The position numbers were made by a program, and so were the translations under genes. DNA of 64,000 bases, from positions 15,888 to 79,887 of the forward strand of contig CATKCE010000135.1 of assembly GCA_949744905.1 (NCBI GenBank), read 5' to 3'. The notes beneath the pieces are model-generated. The model was given only the letters and a program-made list of their open reading frames with translations, was not told where the DNA came from and made no database searches. Shown piece after piece: positions 7,472-16,663 of this stretch. Numbering within the stretch: the first letter of the stretch is position 1; each line of letters begins with the position of its first letter. The DNA comes from an uncultured bacterium (GTDB lineage: Bacteria > Bacillota > Clostridia > Christensenellales > Pumilibacteraceae).

Positions 7472-9556
7472 ATGAAAGAAAAATTATTGTACTTTATCAA
7501 GTCCAACTTCATAATATGGGGATTCTGGGCGGTAATGCTGATAATCGAACTGACCGGCGTATGCGTGACCAGCGGCAAATTTTATATCCGCAATCCTTTG
7601 ATGTTTCTGTCGCTCATGGCGATATTCACCGCCGTGCTGTTCAGCATTAAAAGCCACCGCGGAAGATACTGGTGCTCGTTCGCGTTAATGCTCGCGCTCT
7701 TTCTCATAGACTTGTTGTTTATCATAGTATACGAACTTTCCGGCGCGACATTCGACTTTTCCATGCTCAAACTCCGCGGAGACGCGATGACCATAGTGGA
7801 AAGCATACCGGTAAACTTTGCGTACGCCGCTGCGACCGGTTTATCGATAAGCGCGTTTATGGTGCTTTCCAATTATTACATGAAGAAGGCGCCCAAGCCC
7901 AAAAGGATAATGCCGTACGGCGTGATAGCCGGACTCATGGCGCTGGTGCTGGTATTCCACGGCAGCATGGCGTACGTAGAAAACCGCAATTATAACCCCG
8001 CCGACCTCAGCAACCGCCTTTACTCGGGCGATTCCGGCTCGTATTCCGACCGAGGGATCGTCGGGAACTTTGTAGACGAGTTGTACAAAGGGGCGTTTTT
8101 CAGCAAAGTCCCGCTGGGCGACGCGCAGGAACTCGAAGACTATATTTACAAGACGACCAACACGCCGTCGCCGATGTTCGGAAAAGCCGAAGGCTACAAT
8201 CTAATCACGGTATTGGGCGAAAGTTTCGAATGGTTCAGTTTTATGGCGAATCTTACCGACGCCGGACAAACCGACTCTTATCCCAACGGCTTCCGTCTCT
8301 CCTTCCCCGACAAGACCGACGCGGAGATAGAAGTTATCTTGCGCAAACTGTATCCCAATCTTTACCGTTTATACGATACGTCGGTTGTGGGTCTTAACCA
8401 CCATTCGCGTGAAAAAACCGATATCTCGGAAAATCATTCCATAATCGGCAACTACCCCACCGACTGTCTCTTAAATTACGACTATCCCGAAAACACGATA
8501 CCTTATTCGGTGCCAAACGTGCTCAACTCGCTTTACGGAGTGGAGTCGTATTCTTTCCACGACGGAGAATATACCTTTTATAACCGCAGTAAACACCACG
8601 AAAACGCGCTCGGATTCAAAAAGTACAAGGCGAGCGAGCAGATGGCGGAAGAAAAGCCCGACGTGTTCACCGATTACGGATGGAGCAACAACGAACACAA
8701 TCTCGACAGCCAGATGATAGACGCCTGCCACGAGGAGATGTTCCCCGCCGACCGCCGTTTTAACACTTATATAACCACCATATCAATGCACGGCCAGCAC
8801 GACTTCCGCAGTAATTTCGAGCCGTACTACCGCCAACTCATCGACGCCGGCATAGCTCAATACTATTACAACGACGATTACGATCCCGAGGAAGACCCCG
8901 ACCCGATAGACGCTTTGAAAAACAACAATCCGTTTATCCACTACGCGGCGGCGGCTCTGGAATTCGATAAAGCTATAGGCAGGATATTCCACTGGTTGGA
9001 AACCACGATAAACCCCGCGACGAACGAGCCTCTCATAGAAAACACCTTGCTTGTAGTGTTCGGCGACCACAACGCGTATTACCAATCTTTGGGCGACAAC
9101 GTAAAACAGCTTTACCTCGGCGACCACAACGACAGAAATTACACCGATTTGTACCGCGTGCCCCTCATGATACACGTCGGCAACCAAACCGAACAAATCA
9201 AAATCGAAAAATTCACCTGCACTACCGATATCGTCCCCACGATATTCGACCTTTTGGGTATAAACTTCTACAATAATATAAATTTCGGAAGTACGATATT
9301 CGGAGACGAAGAAAGCATCATCTACTCCCGCGCGTACAACAAGTTTATTACCGACAAACTGTTCTTCTCGTCGATAAACAATATAAAGTACAAAAGCCCC
9401 GACGCGGACGAAGAATATATTAAGACGGTGGAAGAAAAAGCCAAAGTACTGCTTGACAAAACCAGCCACGTCAACCGCATATTCTATTACGACTTTTTAA
9501 GCGGCGACCGTGCAGAGACTTATTACGCAAGATTAAAAGAACTTAACAGTAAATAA
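7472..9556 (+). CDS. LTA synthase / phosphoglycerol-transferase family protein (N-terminal 5-TM + sulfatase domain)
   Basis: 694 aa. A multi-TM N-terminus is followed by an extracellular sulfatase-like domain (ITVLGESFEW..., VVFGDHN). Confidence 0.82.
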   Translation: MKEKLLYFIKSNFIIWGFWAVMLIIELTGVCVTSGKFYIRNPLMFLSLMAIFTAVLFSIKSHRGRYWCSFALMLALFLIDLLFIIVYELSGATFDFSMLKLRGDAMTIVESIPVNFAYAAATGLSISAFMVLSNYYMKKAPKPKRIMPYGVIAGLMALVLVFHGSMAYVENRNYNPADLSNRLYSGDSGSYSDRGIVGNFVDELYKGAFFSKVPLGDAQELEDYIYKTTNTPSPMFGKAEGYNLITVLGESFEWFSFMANLTDAGQTDSYPNGFRLSFPDKTDAEIEVILRKLYPNLYRLYDTSVVGLNHHSREKTDISENHSIIGNYPTDCLLNYDYPENTIPYSVPNVLNSLYGVESYSFHDGEYTFYNRSKHHENALGFKKYKASEQMAEEKPDVFTDYGWSNNEHNLDSQMIDACHEEMFPADRRFNTYITTISMHGQHDFRSNFEPYYRQLIDAGIAQYYYNDDYDPEEDPDPIDALKNNNPFIHYAAAALEFDKAIGRIFHWLETTINPATNEPLIENTLLVVFGDHNAYYQSLGDNVKQLYLGDHNDRNYTDLYRVPLMIHVGNQTEQIKIEKFTCTTDIVPTIFDLLGINFYNNINFGSTIFGDEESIIYSRAYNKFITDKLFFSSINNIKYKSPDADEEYIKTVEEKAKVLLDKTSHVNRIFYYDFLSGDRAETYYARLKELNSK

Positions 9557-9566
9557 AAGTTTATAC

Positions 9567-9606
9567 AAAAAAAAGACTTCGCAATCAAAACAGCGAAGTC
9601 TTTTTC
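9567..9606. terminator. bidirectional intrinsic terminator between convergent genes
   Basis: AAAAAAAAGACTTCGCaatcaaaacaGCGAAGTCTTTTT: a 9-bp stem flanked by A and T runs. Confidence 0.65.
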
Positions 9607-9616
9607 ATTTATTGTT

Positions 9617-10597
9617 TTACATAGGCAGAAAAGTCAAAAGTACGCCCAACACGCAACTGTACGCGTAAAGTCCCGCGATTATTAAAAGCGTGTTGCGCGC
9701 CGGACGATTTTTACGTATCAGCACGGCAAGCCCGAGCCCCGCGTTTACGCTTAGCCCCGCAAACGCCGCGCCGAGAGTTATACTGCCGGAAGAAAACATC
9801 TGCGCGAGCACCACGCTGGAAGCGCAATTGGGTATAAGCCCCACAAGTCCCGCCAAAAACGGCTGGTAAAACTCGGACGACGATAAAAACGTCTCCAAGC
9901 GCTGTTCTCCCGCATAATACAATATCACAGCGAACAATACGTTTACTGCAAGGATATACCCCGCAACGGTAAGCGTGTGCAATAACGGATGCAACACAAA
10001 GCACTTGAAATCGAATTTCTTTGCCGCGGGCGCACTCTCCGACGCGCCGTCGACGCATTTTTCCGGCAAAGTTTCGACGGAAGTATCCGCATCATCGTGC
10101 GAATGTTCGTGCGGAGTATCGCCGTCGTGCGTATGCTCGCCCAACTCGTGGCGGTGACAGCCGCGCAATACGGCGTCGGGCGCGACGTCGCGCAATTCAC
10201 GCTTTCGCAATATAAAATTAAGCACGTAACCGGCAACCAGCGCCGCCGCCAGCTTAAAGCCCAGCAAAACGCACAACTTTACTACCGAGTCCGCCGTAGG
10301 CGCGCTAAGCATTATCGGTACCGCCTCGTCGCTGGTAGCGATAAATACCGCAACCATGGTGCCGAGCCGTATGCTCCCGCGGCAGTACAGATTCGCCGCA
10401 ACGACTCCGAACCCGCACTGCGGCAAGATACCGCACGCGCCGCCCGCAAGCGGCGCCCATTTGCCGCGCAAAGCCTTGTTAAGTTTGATCTTTGATACGG
10501 CATGATACTCGAAAACTTCTATGAGCACGTGCATCACAAGCAGCCACGGCACAAGTTTAAGAGTGTCCAAAAGCGCATCTAACAGTGTTTCGGCCAT
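9617..10597 (-). CDS. putative 10-TM heavy-metal exporter family protein (ArsP_2-like) with His-rich loop
   Basis: 326 aa. The N-terminus LLDALLDTLKLVPWLLVMHVLIEVFEYH resembles the PF11449-type family. The central loop is HRHELGEHTHDGDTPHEHSHDDAD. Confidence 0.65.
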   Translation of the reverse strand: MAETLLDALLDTLKLVPWLLVMHVLIEVFEYHAVSKIKLNKALRGKWAPLAGGACGILPQCGFGVVAANLYCRGSIRLGTMVAVFIATSDEAVPIMLSAPTADSVVKLCVLLGFKLAAALVAGYVLNFILRKRELRDVAPDAVLRGCHRHELGEHTHDGDTPHEHSHDDADTSVETLPEKCVDGASESAPAAKKFDFKCFVLHPLLHTLTVAGYILAVNVLFAVILYYAGEQRLETFLSSSEFYQPFLAGLVGLIPNCASSVVLAQMFSSGSITLGAAFAGLSVNAGLGLAVLIRKNRPARNTLLIIAGLYAYSCVLGVLLTFLPM

Positions 10598-12049
10598 TTA
10601 GTCCACTTTCTTTACAGCGTTTTCGTCCTCATTTGCAATTTCCGGAGTATCTTCGGTTTCGGTATTTCCTCCGATCAACGCCGGCTCCACGTCGTCGTCA
10701 TCGGTTTTTTCCTTGTCTTTTTCTTTATCCTTGTCGCGTTCGCGCACTGCTCCGAGAAGTTTCTCAAAACCGCTCTCATGTTCTTCTTCCTCTACGGGAT
10801 TGACTTTTATCTTTAATTCGAGCACGCGCTTATTGTTTGCTTTTGTGACGATAACGTCGAGATTCTCGTACGTATACTTTTCGCCCGCGGCGGGTATCTT
10901 GCCGAGTTGTTCGGTTATCCAGCCGCCAACGGTAGTTGAATCGAATTCTTCGCGGACGTTCATTCCGAATTCCTCGAATAAGTCTTCAAGGTTATGCGTC
11001 CCCGCAACCAAGTACGTATCTTCGCCCACCTTGCGGCTGAGCACTTCCACTTCGTCGTGTTCGTCGTATATCTCGCCGACGAGTTCTTCCAGTATGTCTT
11101 CAAGCGTCACTATGCCCTCGGTTCCGCCGAATTCGTCCACCACTATCGCCATGTGTATCTTGGCTTTTTGCAACATGCGGAGCACGGTGCTTATTTTCAT
11201 GCTGGGCGAAACGCACACCACGGGCTGCACTATACCTTTTATAGATGCGGGACGCTTGTCGTCCGGCAAGCGGTACAGTTTGTAAAAATCCTTTTCGTGT
11301 ATTATTCCCGTAATGCTGTCTATCGTCTTGCTGAAAACAGGCATGCGCGAAAAACCGTTGTCGAGAAACAGATCGGAAATATAATCGAAACTCTCGTTCT
11401 CCTCTATAGCTACCACGTTTACGCGGGGCACCATTATGTCGTCGACGTCTAAGTCCTCAAATTCGATAGCCGAGCGTATGAGTCTTGACTCGTGCGCGTC
11501 TATGCCGCCCTCGTTCTGCGCCGTCTCAACGTAAGTAATAAGCTCGTCTTCGGTGATTGCGGCGGCTTTCTTGTTTTTTATCTTTCCTATCAGCTTTTTC
11601 CACGGCACCAATATTATGTCTATCGGAAACAGCAGAATTATAAAAAACCACAGTACGGGAGTGACGCGCATGGCAAACCCCTCGGCAAAATTCTTTGCAA
11701 GAGTTTTGGGCGTTATTTCCCCGAATATCAGCACCGCAACCGTTACCACCGCGGTACTCACCACGGCGGCGACCTGCTCGTTTTTTATAAGACCCGCAAA
11801 CAATATAGTCGCCAACGTTGACGCGGCAATGTTTACTATATTGTTGCCGATAAGTATTGTGCTCAGCAGTTTGTCGTATCTGCCGAGCAGACCCAGCGCG
11901 CGCGCCGCCGACTTGTTACCGTCGGCCTCCAACGTACGCAAACGCACTTTGTTGGCGGTTGAAAACGCCATTTCCGACGCCGAGAAAAACCCCGACATCA
12001 AGATCATTATTATAATGGCTACCAGAATTCCTATTTGGGATGGGTCCAT
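10598..12049 (-). CDS. CNNM/DUF21-CBS-CorC_HlyC family (hemolysin-family) divalent-cation efflux protein with acidic C-terminal tail
   Basis: In ORF 10598..12130 I chose the start at MDPSQIG (12049), downstream of the promoter TTGTAC-17-TATAAT. The order is DUF21 TMs, a CBS pair, then a CorC domain. The tail is EEEHESGFEK...DKDKEKDKEKTDDDD. The stop abuts the start of the downstream exporter gene (10597/10598). Confidence 0.85.
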   Translation of the reverse strand: MDPSQIGILVAIIIMILMSGFFSASEMAFSTANKVRLRTLEADGNKSAARALGLLGRYDKLLSTILIGNNIVNIAASTLATILFAGLIKNEQVAAVVSTAVVTVAVLIFGEITPKTLAKNFAEGFAMRVTPVLWFFIILLFPIDIILVPWKKLIGKIKNKKAAAITEDELITYVETAQNEGGIDAHESRLIRSAIEFEDLDVDDIMVPRVNVVAIEENESFDYISDLFLDNGFSRMPVFSKTIDSITGIIHEKDFYKLYRLPDDKRPASIKGIVQPVVCVSPSMKISTVLRMLQKAKIHMAIVVDEFGGTEGIVTLEDILEELVGEIYDEHDEVEVLSRKVGEDTYLVAGTHNLEDLFEEFGMNVREEFDSTTVGGWITEQLGKIPAAGEKYTYENLDVIVTKANNKRVLELKIKVNPVEEEEHESGFEKLLGAVRERDKDKEKDKEKTDDDDVEPALIGGNTETEDTPEIANEDENAVKKVD

Positions 12050-12458
12050 TTTTTGTTCTTTGATTACTCCCGTTAAATTATATTTGAGTTTTAATTCTAT
12101 TATTATAACATATATTTTGCATTCGTACAAGTTTTTTTACATGCGTATTTTGCTGTTTTTGCCCGACGCGCAAAAAGCCGAAGATTTTTGACGGTTTTCG
12201 CGCTCCGCCCACTTAAACGGGTCGCCGAACCCGTATTAAAAAAGGATCGTCTAAAATCGAACTTGCAAAATAAACGGGTAAAGCCGCAGCGCAATCGGCA
12301 TTTACGAAAACGGACAACGAAATACCGAGCGCGGAAGTTACGAATCAAGCCGTCCCGTTTTTTCGACGCAAGCGCGGATTATTTGCCGGAATTATCCGAC
12401 GAGCAGTAAAATGAGGAATATTTTACGTTAAAATATCTTTCTGTCCGCTTCGCTCGGT

Positions 12459-12489
12459 AAAAACGTCTGTTTTCGCACAGACGTTTTTT
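12459..12489. terminator. bidirectional intrinsic terminator
   Basis: AAAAACGTCTGTtttcgcACAGACGTTTTTT, immediately after the XRE gene stop. Confidence 0.65.
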
Positions 12490-12721
12490 AATCGGTTATA
12501 TTTTCCCTGTCAAACAAGGGCGAATCGAAAAATTCTTTAAGCGTTATTTTCGCGCCTTCGCAAATTCCGTAAATTGTAGAAAGTTTCGCCGTATGACTTT
12601 TGGTCATTGTAGCGATAGTAGAACAAGGAACTCCGCTCAATGTCGCCAACTTATTAAGTGAAATCGTCATATTTTTAGCAAGTTCCAATATCCTCAAATA
12701 AACAGCATCGACCAATCGCAT
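12488..12721 (-). CDS. XRE-family helix-turn-helix transcriptional regulator
   Basis: MRLVDAVYLRILELAKNMTISLNKLATLSGVPCSTIATMTK is an HTH_3/HTH_26-like core. I chose the second ATG because GGGAGG lies 9 nt upstream (the ORF track starts at 12739). Confidence 0.75.
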   Translation of the reverse strand: MRLVDAVYLRILELAKNMTISLNKLATLSGVPCSTIATMTKSHTAKLSTIYGICEGAKITLKEFFDSPLFDRENITD

Positions 12722-12741
12722 ATTTTTTTCGCCTCCCATTT

Positions 12742-12801
12742 TTGGTATACCAATAACATTCTAATAAAATTCTTTATTCGATGTTTTTGGTGCGCCAAAA
12801 A
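12742..12801. promoter_or_regulatory. two related palindromic operator candidates (TTGGTATACCAA and TTTTTGGtgcgCCAAAAA)
   Basis: A perfect 12-bp palindrome lies at 12742-12753, 20 nt upstream of the XRE start. A second TTGG-n4-CCAA palindrome at 12784-12801 abuts the -35 of the divergent promoter TTGACT-17-TATACT (12806-12834). Confidence 0.45.
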
Positions 12802-12916
12802 TCGTTTGACTTGACGGCATAAATACGGTATACTGATTTATATAAATAATTAAATTCCGCACTCAAAAGAAAAATCCGTAAAGAATATTTACGGACATTA
12901 CGGAGAGATAAAAATT

Positions 12917-13354
12917 ATGAGTTTATGCGCTATTGTCGACCACGGCAGACAAAAGCCTGTTACGTATGAAGAATTTGACGAAATAGTCGCCTCGGTCAAC
13001 GCTCTTTTACTCAGCGGCGTAACGAATTTTTGCGGTTGCGGAAACGGCACGGTGGTAAACAAATGTTTGAAACTGTTGCACCGCATTAAAAAAAGAGGCT
13101 TTACCAAACTTAAAATAAAAAGGTGCGAGCTGTCTCAAAAAGAAATAGACCTGTATATGGAAAATTCTTACCGGTTCCCCGATTCTCCGTCTCCACAGGA
13201 TAAAATGGAATTTACCGAAAAAATGTGGGTAAACGTTGCCGACTATTTAATCGTGGGTAAAAACCGCGGTTACAAAATAATAGATACCGATCTCAAAAAA
13301 CTGTTAAAAAGCAGAGAAAAATTTATCATGGTAATCGGCGAAACCAAGCAATAA
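12917..13354 (+). CDS. hypothetical protein (orphan, 145 aa)
   Basis: ATG with GGAGAG SD and its own consensus promoter. AT-rich relative to its surroundings. I recognise no confident family. Confidence 0.55.
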   Translation: MSLCAIVDHGRQKPVTYEEFDEIVASVNALLLSGVTNFCGCGNGTVVNKCLKLLHRIKKRGFTKLKIKRCELSQKEIDLYMENSYRFPDSPSPQDKMEFTEKMWVNVADYLIVGKNRGYKIIDTDLKKLLKSREKFIMVIGETKQ

Positions 13355-13483
13355 AGCAATTTGTACGATATTACCGCACGATCTTCTCCGCAACGGAAAA
13401 GACGTAAAAAGGCGCCCTTACGGACGCCGCGGATCATTGTTTTATGCTAACTTTAATATGGATTTTTATAATATGTTTTGCCG

Positions 13484-14461
13484 TTAAAAATACTCTCCGA
13501 AGGTATCGGCATGGATATAGTCGAGGCGTTCGCGCTCGGAAGCGAAATTCTCGTGCGCGATACGTACTTTTGTGTAAAGAGTTATGGGCGCAATGTTGTC
13601 TATCACGTTTACAAACGACGGCATTTGCTCCACCGACTGGTATTTTTCGCCGTGCAAGCCTCCGGCAAGATAAGTTTCTATGCCGTCGAGAAGTCCGATA
13701 CCCTCGGCTCCGGTATTTATAGTGCCCGTATGGTAACCGGCAAACACCAGAGCGGAATTTTCTTTTCGCGCCGATTCGGCAAGCGCGGCGTAGTCTATGC
13801 CGGGATTTGCAAATACCAGCCTTACCGCTTTATTGCCGCCCTTGCCGCACAGTTTGAACTCGCGGGGACGTATCTCCTCCTGCAACATGAATTTTCCGGT
13901 ACGGTCGGTGTATCCGCACACTTTGCCGAGAGCGGAGTTCAAACCGCCGTCAAAGTCGCGACTGCTCAAAAGACGCGTGGATACGTGCAGAACAGGGCGC
14001 TCGTACGGATTGCGGTACGGAACGAACACTCCTTTTACGCCGTAGTCTATTGCGGCGAGCGCGCACATGAGATTCGCGCTTCCGTTGCTCATGGGGTTGC
14101 TGAGCGGAAAGTCCGCCGATACTATCATTACCGGAATATCTATGCCGGCGTTACGCAGTCCGAGGTACGACGCGGTGTACGCAAGCGTATCGGTACCATG
14201 CGTTATTATCACCGCTTTGGACGTCTTTATCGCTTCGTCGAGACAGTCGCCGAGCATGTGCAAAGTTTTCCAGGTCATGTTTTCGCTGAGCATGCAAAAA
14301 GGAGTTTTTACGTCGGATACCCTGCCGCTCAATTCGTCGAACGCCGTCACCATGCCGGGGCGCATTATCCTGCCGTCGTAGTCGCTGGATATCGTGCCGC
14401 CGCTCATTATGAGCGTTATCTTTTTGCTCTTGTCTTTTTCGTTCGCATACATAAATATCAC
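13484..14461 (-). CDS. ansA: L-asparaginase (type I asparaginase/glutaminase family)
   Basis: ITLIMSGGTISS and IITHGTDTLAYTA motifs (the catalytic Thr contexts). The start could be the ATG at 14452 instead of GTG at 14461. Confidence 0.85.
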   Translation of the reverse strand: MIFMYANEKDKSKKITLIMSGGTISSDYDGRIMRPGMVTAFDELSGRVSDVKTPFCMLSENMTWKTLHMLGDCLDEAIKTSKAVIITHGTDTLAYTASYLGLRNAGIDIPVMIVSADFPLSNPMSNGSANLMCALAAIDYGVKGVFVPYRNPYERPVLHVSTRLLSSRDFDGGLNSALGKVCGYTDRTGKFMLQEEIRPREFKLCGKGGNKAVRLVFANPGIDYAALAESARKENSALVFAGYHTGTINTGAEGIGLLDGIETYLAGGLHGEKYQSVEQMPSFVNVIDNIAPITLYTKVRIAHENFASERERLDYIHADTFGEYF

Positions 14462-14514
14462 ACAGTTTCCGTTTTTTACGGCGCCGTTAAAACGCCGTGT
14501 ATATTATAACGCCG

Positions 14515-14546
14515 CGCAAAAAAAGACGCAATCGTTTTTGCGTCCT
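14515..14546 (-). terminator. intrinsic terminator after the ABC permease gene
   Basis: Minus strand reads GGACGCAaaaacgaTTGCGTCTTTTTTT. Confidence 0.6.
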
Positions 14547-14554
14547 TTCACCGT

Positions 14555-15325
14555 TCAATATTCCATAGAGCGCCTTAAAATATAAAACACGGCTTCTATC
14601 AAAAGCGACGCCGCGACTACCGCAATGGTTATCGCCATAAGCCGCCCGGTCTGGAAAAATATGCGGGTCTGTTGCATGATAAGCCCGAGGCTGTTCCGCG
14701 TTTGCGCAAGCACCTCGGCGGCTACCGTGAGTTTAAGCGTAAGGCTCGCCGCTCCGCCCGCCACACGCAAAAACGCCGGCGCGGACATGGGCATGTACAC
14801 CTTGAAAAATTTGTACGGAGCCGAGGGCGCGTACATGCGGGCGGTTTCTTCCAACTCGCACGATACCGAAGTAAGAGCGGCGTCCAATCCGCTGTACAAT
14901 GTGGGAAATATCACCAGTCCGGCAACCAATACAGGCGTTATTTCACTTCCCGTCCAGAGTATTAAAAGCAGAATAACGCTCATCGTAGGCAGACTGCGCA
15001 GTATGCCTATGACCGGCGCAAGTATGTTTTTCAGCGGCCGCCAAGCTTTGCCGCAGTACGCGCATACCACGGCCGAAAAGCACGCCGCCGCAAAACCGAC
15101 GCCCGAGCGCAAAAGCGAAAATGCGAATCCGCGCCAAAACGCCGCCCGCCCCAATTCGCGTCCCAGTTCGCAGATCGCATCCGCCGGCGTGGGAAAAATA
15201 AGGTTTTTGTCGTACGCCGCCGCCGCTATCCACCAAACCGCAACAAACAGCGCGGCTCCCGCAACCGTATATAACGCGCCGACAAACGGCGCGTATTTGT
15301 TATGCCGCGTTTTCCGCATAAACAA
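14555..15325 (-). CDS. ABC transporter permease (NitT/TauT-type, BPD_transp_1)
   Basis: 256 aa with ~6 TMs and a binding-protein-dependent transport inner-membrane signature region. It lies immediately downstream of the binding-protein gene. Confidence 0.82.
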   Translation of the reverse strand: MFMRKTRHNKYAPFVGALYTVAGAALFVAVWWIAAAAYDKNLIFPTPADAICELGRELGRAAFWRGFAFSLLRSGVGFAAACFSAVVCAYCGKAWRPLKNILAPVIGILRSLPTMSVILLLILWTGSEITPVLVAGLVIFPTLYSGLDAALTSVSCELEETARMYAPSAPYKFFKVYMPMSAPAFLRVAGGAASLTLKLTVAAEVLAQTRNSLGLIMQQTRIFFQTGRLMAITIAVVAASLLIEAVFYILRRSMEY

Positions 15326-15328
15326 TGC

Positions 15329-16327
15329 TTATCCGCCTATAAGATACAGACTTCCGAAGTTGGTGACTCCAAGCATTACTATCCCGGCCTTTTCGGACAG
15401 CATAGCCGCGGCGTTCGTGGGCATGATCGCTATATCGGCGTCGCCGACCACCGAAGCACCTATGATCGACGGCTGTACTATTTTGAACTGCGCGCCCGCA
15501 TATCCGTCGGCTATCATTTTGGCAAGACTTATAGCGGGAGCGCCGTCGGGAGCGTATACCTTAGCCGTTACTCCCGTTTCCGCCGGCGCCGAAATTTCGC
15601 CCATGTAAAAATCGTCGGACGGCAGTTTTGCGCCCACCGGCGTTTCGCCCTCCTCTTTTACCGATTCGAGCGCGTTGTAAAAGCCCTTGAGCTTATCCTT
15701 TACTTCCGACGCGCGAGTAAATCCGAGATTGCAACCGCGGGCGATATCCGACGTAAGCAGGGGCACGGTAGAACTTCCCGCGCTTTTTATCGCCGCAAGC
15801 GCCTCGGCGGGAGAGGTTTCCGCCCATTTGGAGCCCGACTCGAACGCCGAGACAAAGTCCGCAACATAGCCGCGGTGCGCCTCTAAAAACGTCTTTTTTA
15901 CCACAAGCGCGGCTTGAGGATAGCCGCCGGTCGCGCCGGATACTCCGTCGTACAGCTTTTGTATATCGAACAACCTTTCGGCTCCGCCCACTTTATTCAA
16001 AGCAACCGTCGCTGCGGGCTCGCTTATAACGCCGTAATTCATTTTTCCCGCCGTAAGTCCGCCTATGAATTCCGATCCTTCCAAAACATACGCTATGCTT
16101 ACCGTTCCGTCCTTCGGCTTATCGGAAAACCGATATTCTATATCGTTTTGTTTGAGGATATATCTGAAAACAAGGTCGGGCACGCTTCCGTTGCCTATAC
16201 TGTAAACAACTTTGCCGCGAAGGTCTTCGAGTTGCTCCACCTTTCCCGACGGAGCGTCGTTGCCGCAACCCGCAAAAAACGCCGCCGCCAACAAAAAAGC
16301 GCACAATGTAGAAATAAACTTTTTCAT
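15329..16327 (-). CDS. ABC transporter substrate-binding lipoprotein (NMT1/THI5-like, NitT/TauT family)
   Basis: Lipobox AAFFAGCGN, 332 aa, periplasmic-binding fold-like sequence. Confidence 0.8.
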   Translation of the reverse strand: MKKFISTLCAFLLAAAFFAGCGNDAPSGKVEQLEDLRGKVVYSIGNGSVPDLVFRYILKQNDIEYRFSDKPKDGTVSIAYVLEGSEFIGGLTAGKMNYGVISEPAATVALNKVGGAERLFDIQKLYDGVSGATGGYPQAALVVKKTFLEAHRGYVADFVSAFESGSKWAETSPAEALAAIKSAGSSTVPLLTSDIARGCNLGFTRASEVKDKLKGFYNALESVKEEGETPVGAKLPSDDFYMGEISAPAETGVTAKVYAPDGAPAISLAKMIADGYAGAQFKIVQPSIIGASVVGDADIAIMPTNAAAMLSEKAGIVMLGVTNFGSLYLIGG

Positions 16328-16392
16328 ACCGCTATTGTCTCCTTATTTTTACGCGAATATTTTCAAGCGCGCAAGACGGCGCGCCGTATCTT

Positions 16393-16629
16393 TTACTCTC
16401 CGCTGTACAAAGCCTTTGCCTTAACGCCTTGTATACTGCCGAGCTTTCCGGTAAGCGCGTTTATTTTTCCCGCGTCGGCGTCGAGAGCCACGCTTATCAT
16501 ATTGAGCCCTTTGTCCCGCATCGGAAGCCCCATTCTGCCCGCAACGAAGTCGCGGTGATCGTGCAACACCGAATTTACTTTTTCCACGGCGTCGCCGTCA
16601 TGAACTATTATTCCCACAAGCGCTATCAC
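16393..16629 (-). CDS. TM1266-family ACT/NikR-C-like small regulatory protein
   Basis: VIALVGIIVHDGDAVEKVNSVLHDHRDFVAGRMGLPMRDKGLNMISVALDADAGKINALTGKLGSIQGVKAKALY follows the TM1266 family pattern (xIGIIVe..v.kvN.lLh.y...I.GRMGiP). I chose the GTG start at 16629 downstream of AGGAG. The 122-aa ORF-track version runs into the leader. Confidence 0.7.
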   Translation of the reverse strand: MIALVGIIVHDGDAVEKVNSVLHDHRDFVAGRMGLPMRDKGLNMISVALDADAGKINALTGKLGSIQGVKAKALYSGE

Positions 16630-16663
16630 GATATAAAAAACTCCTCTTGTTTTTCCTCGAAAC

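Noticed and set aside
12188-12409. Highly basic 73-aa ORF (and the antisense 81-aa ORF 12103..12348) in the gene-free stretch.
   Set aside because: It has a non-ATG start, no SD, and K/R-rich low-complexity composition. I treated the region as non-coding (see findings).
12917-13354. Calling the 145-aa orphan a SLOG/YpsA-like (DUF1273) protein.
   Set aside because: There is only a vague resemblance: an N-terminal beta-strand plus a G-x-G-rich loop (NFCGCGNGT). That is not enough to name a family without a profile search.
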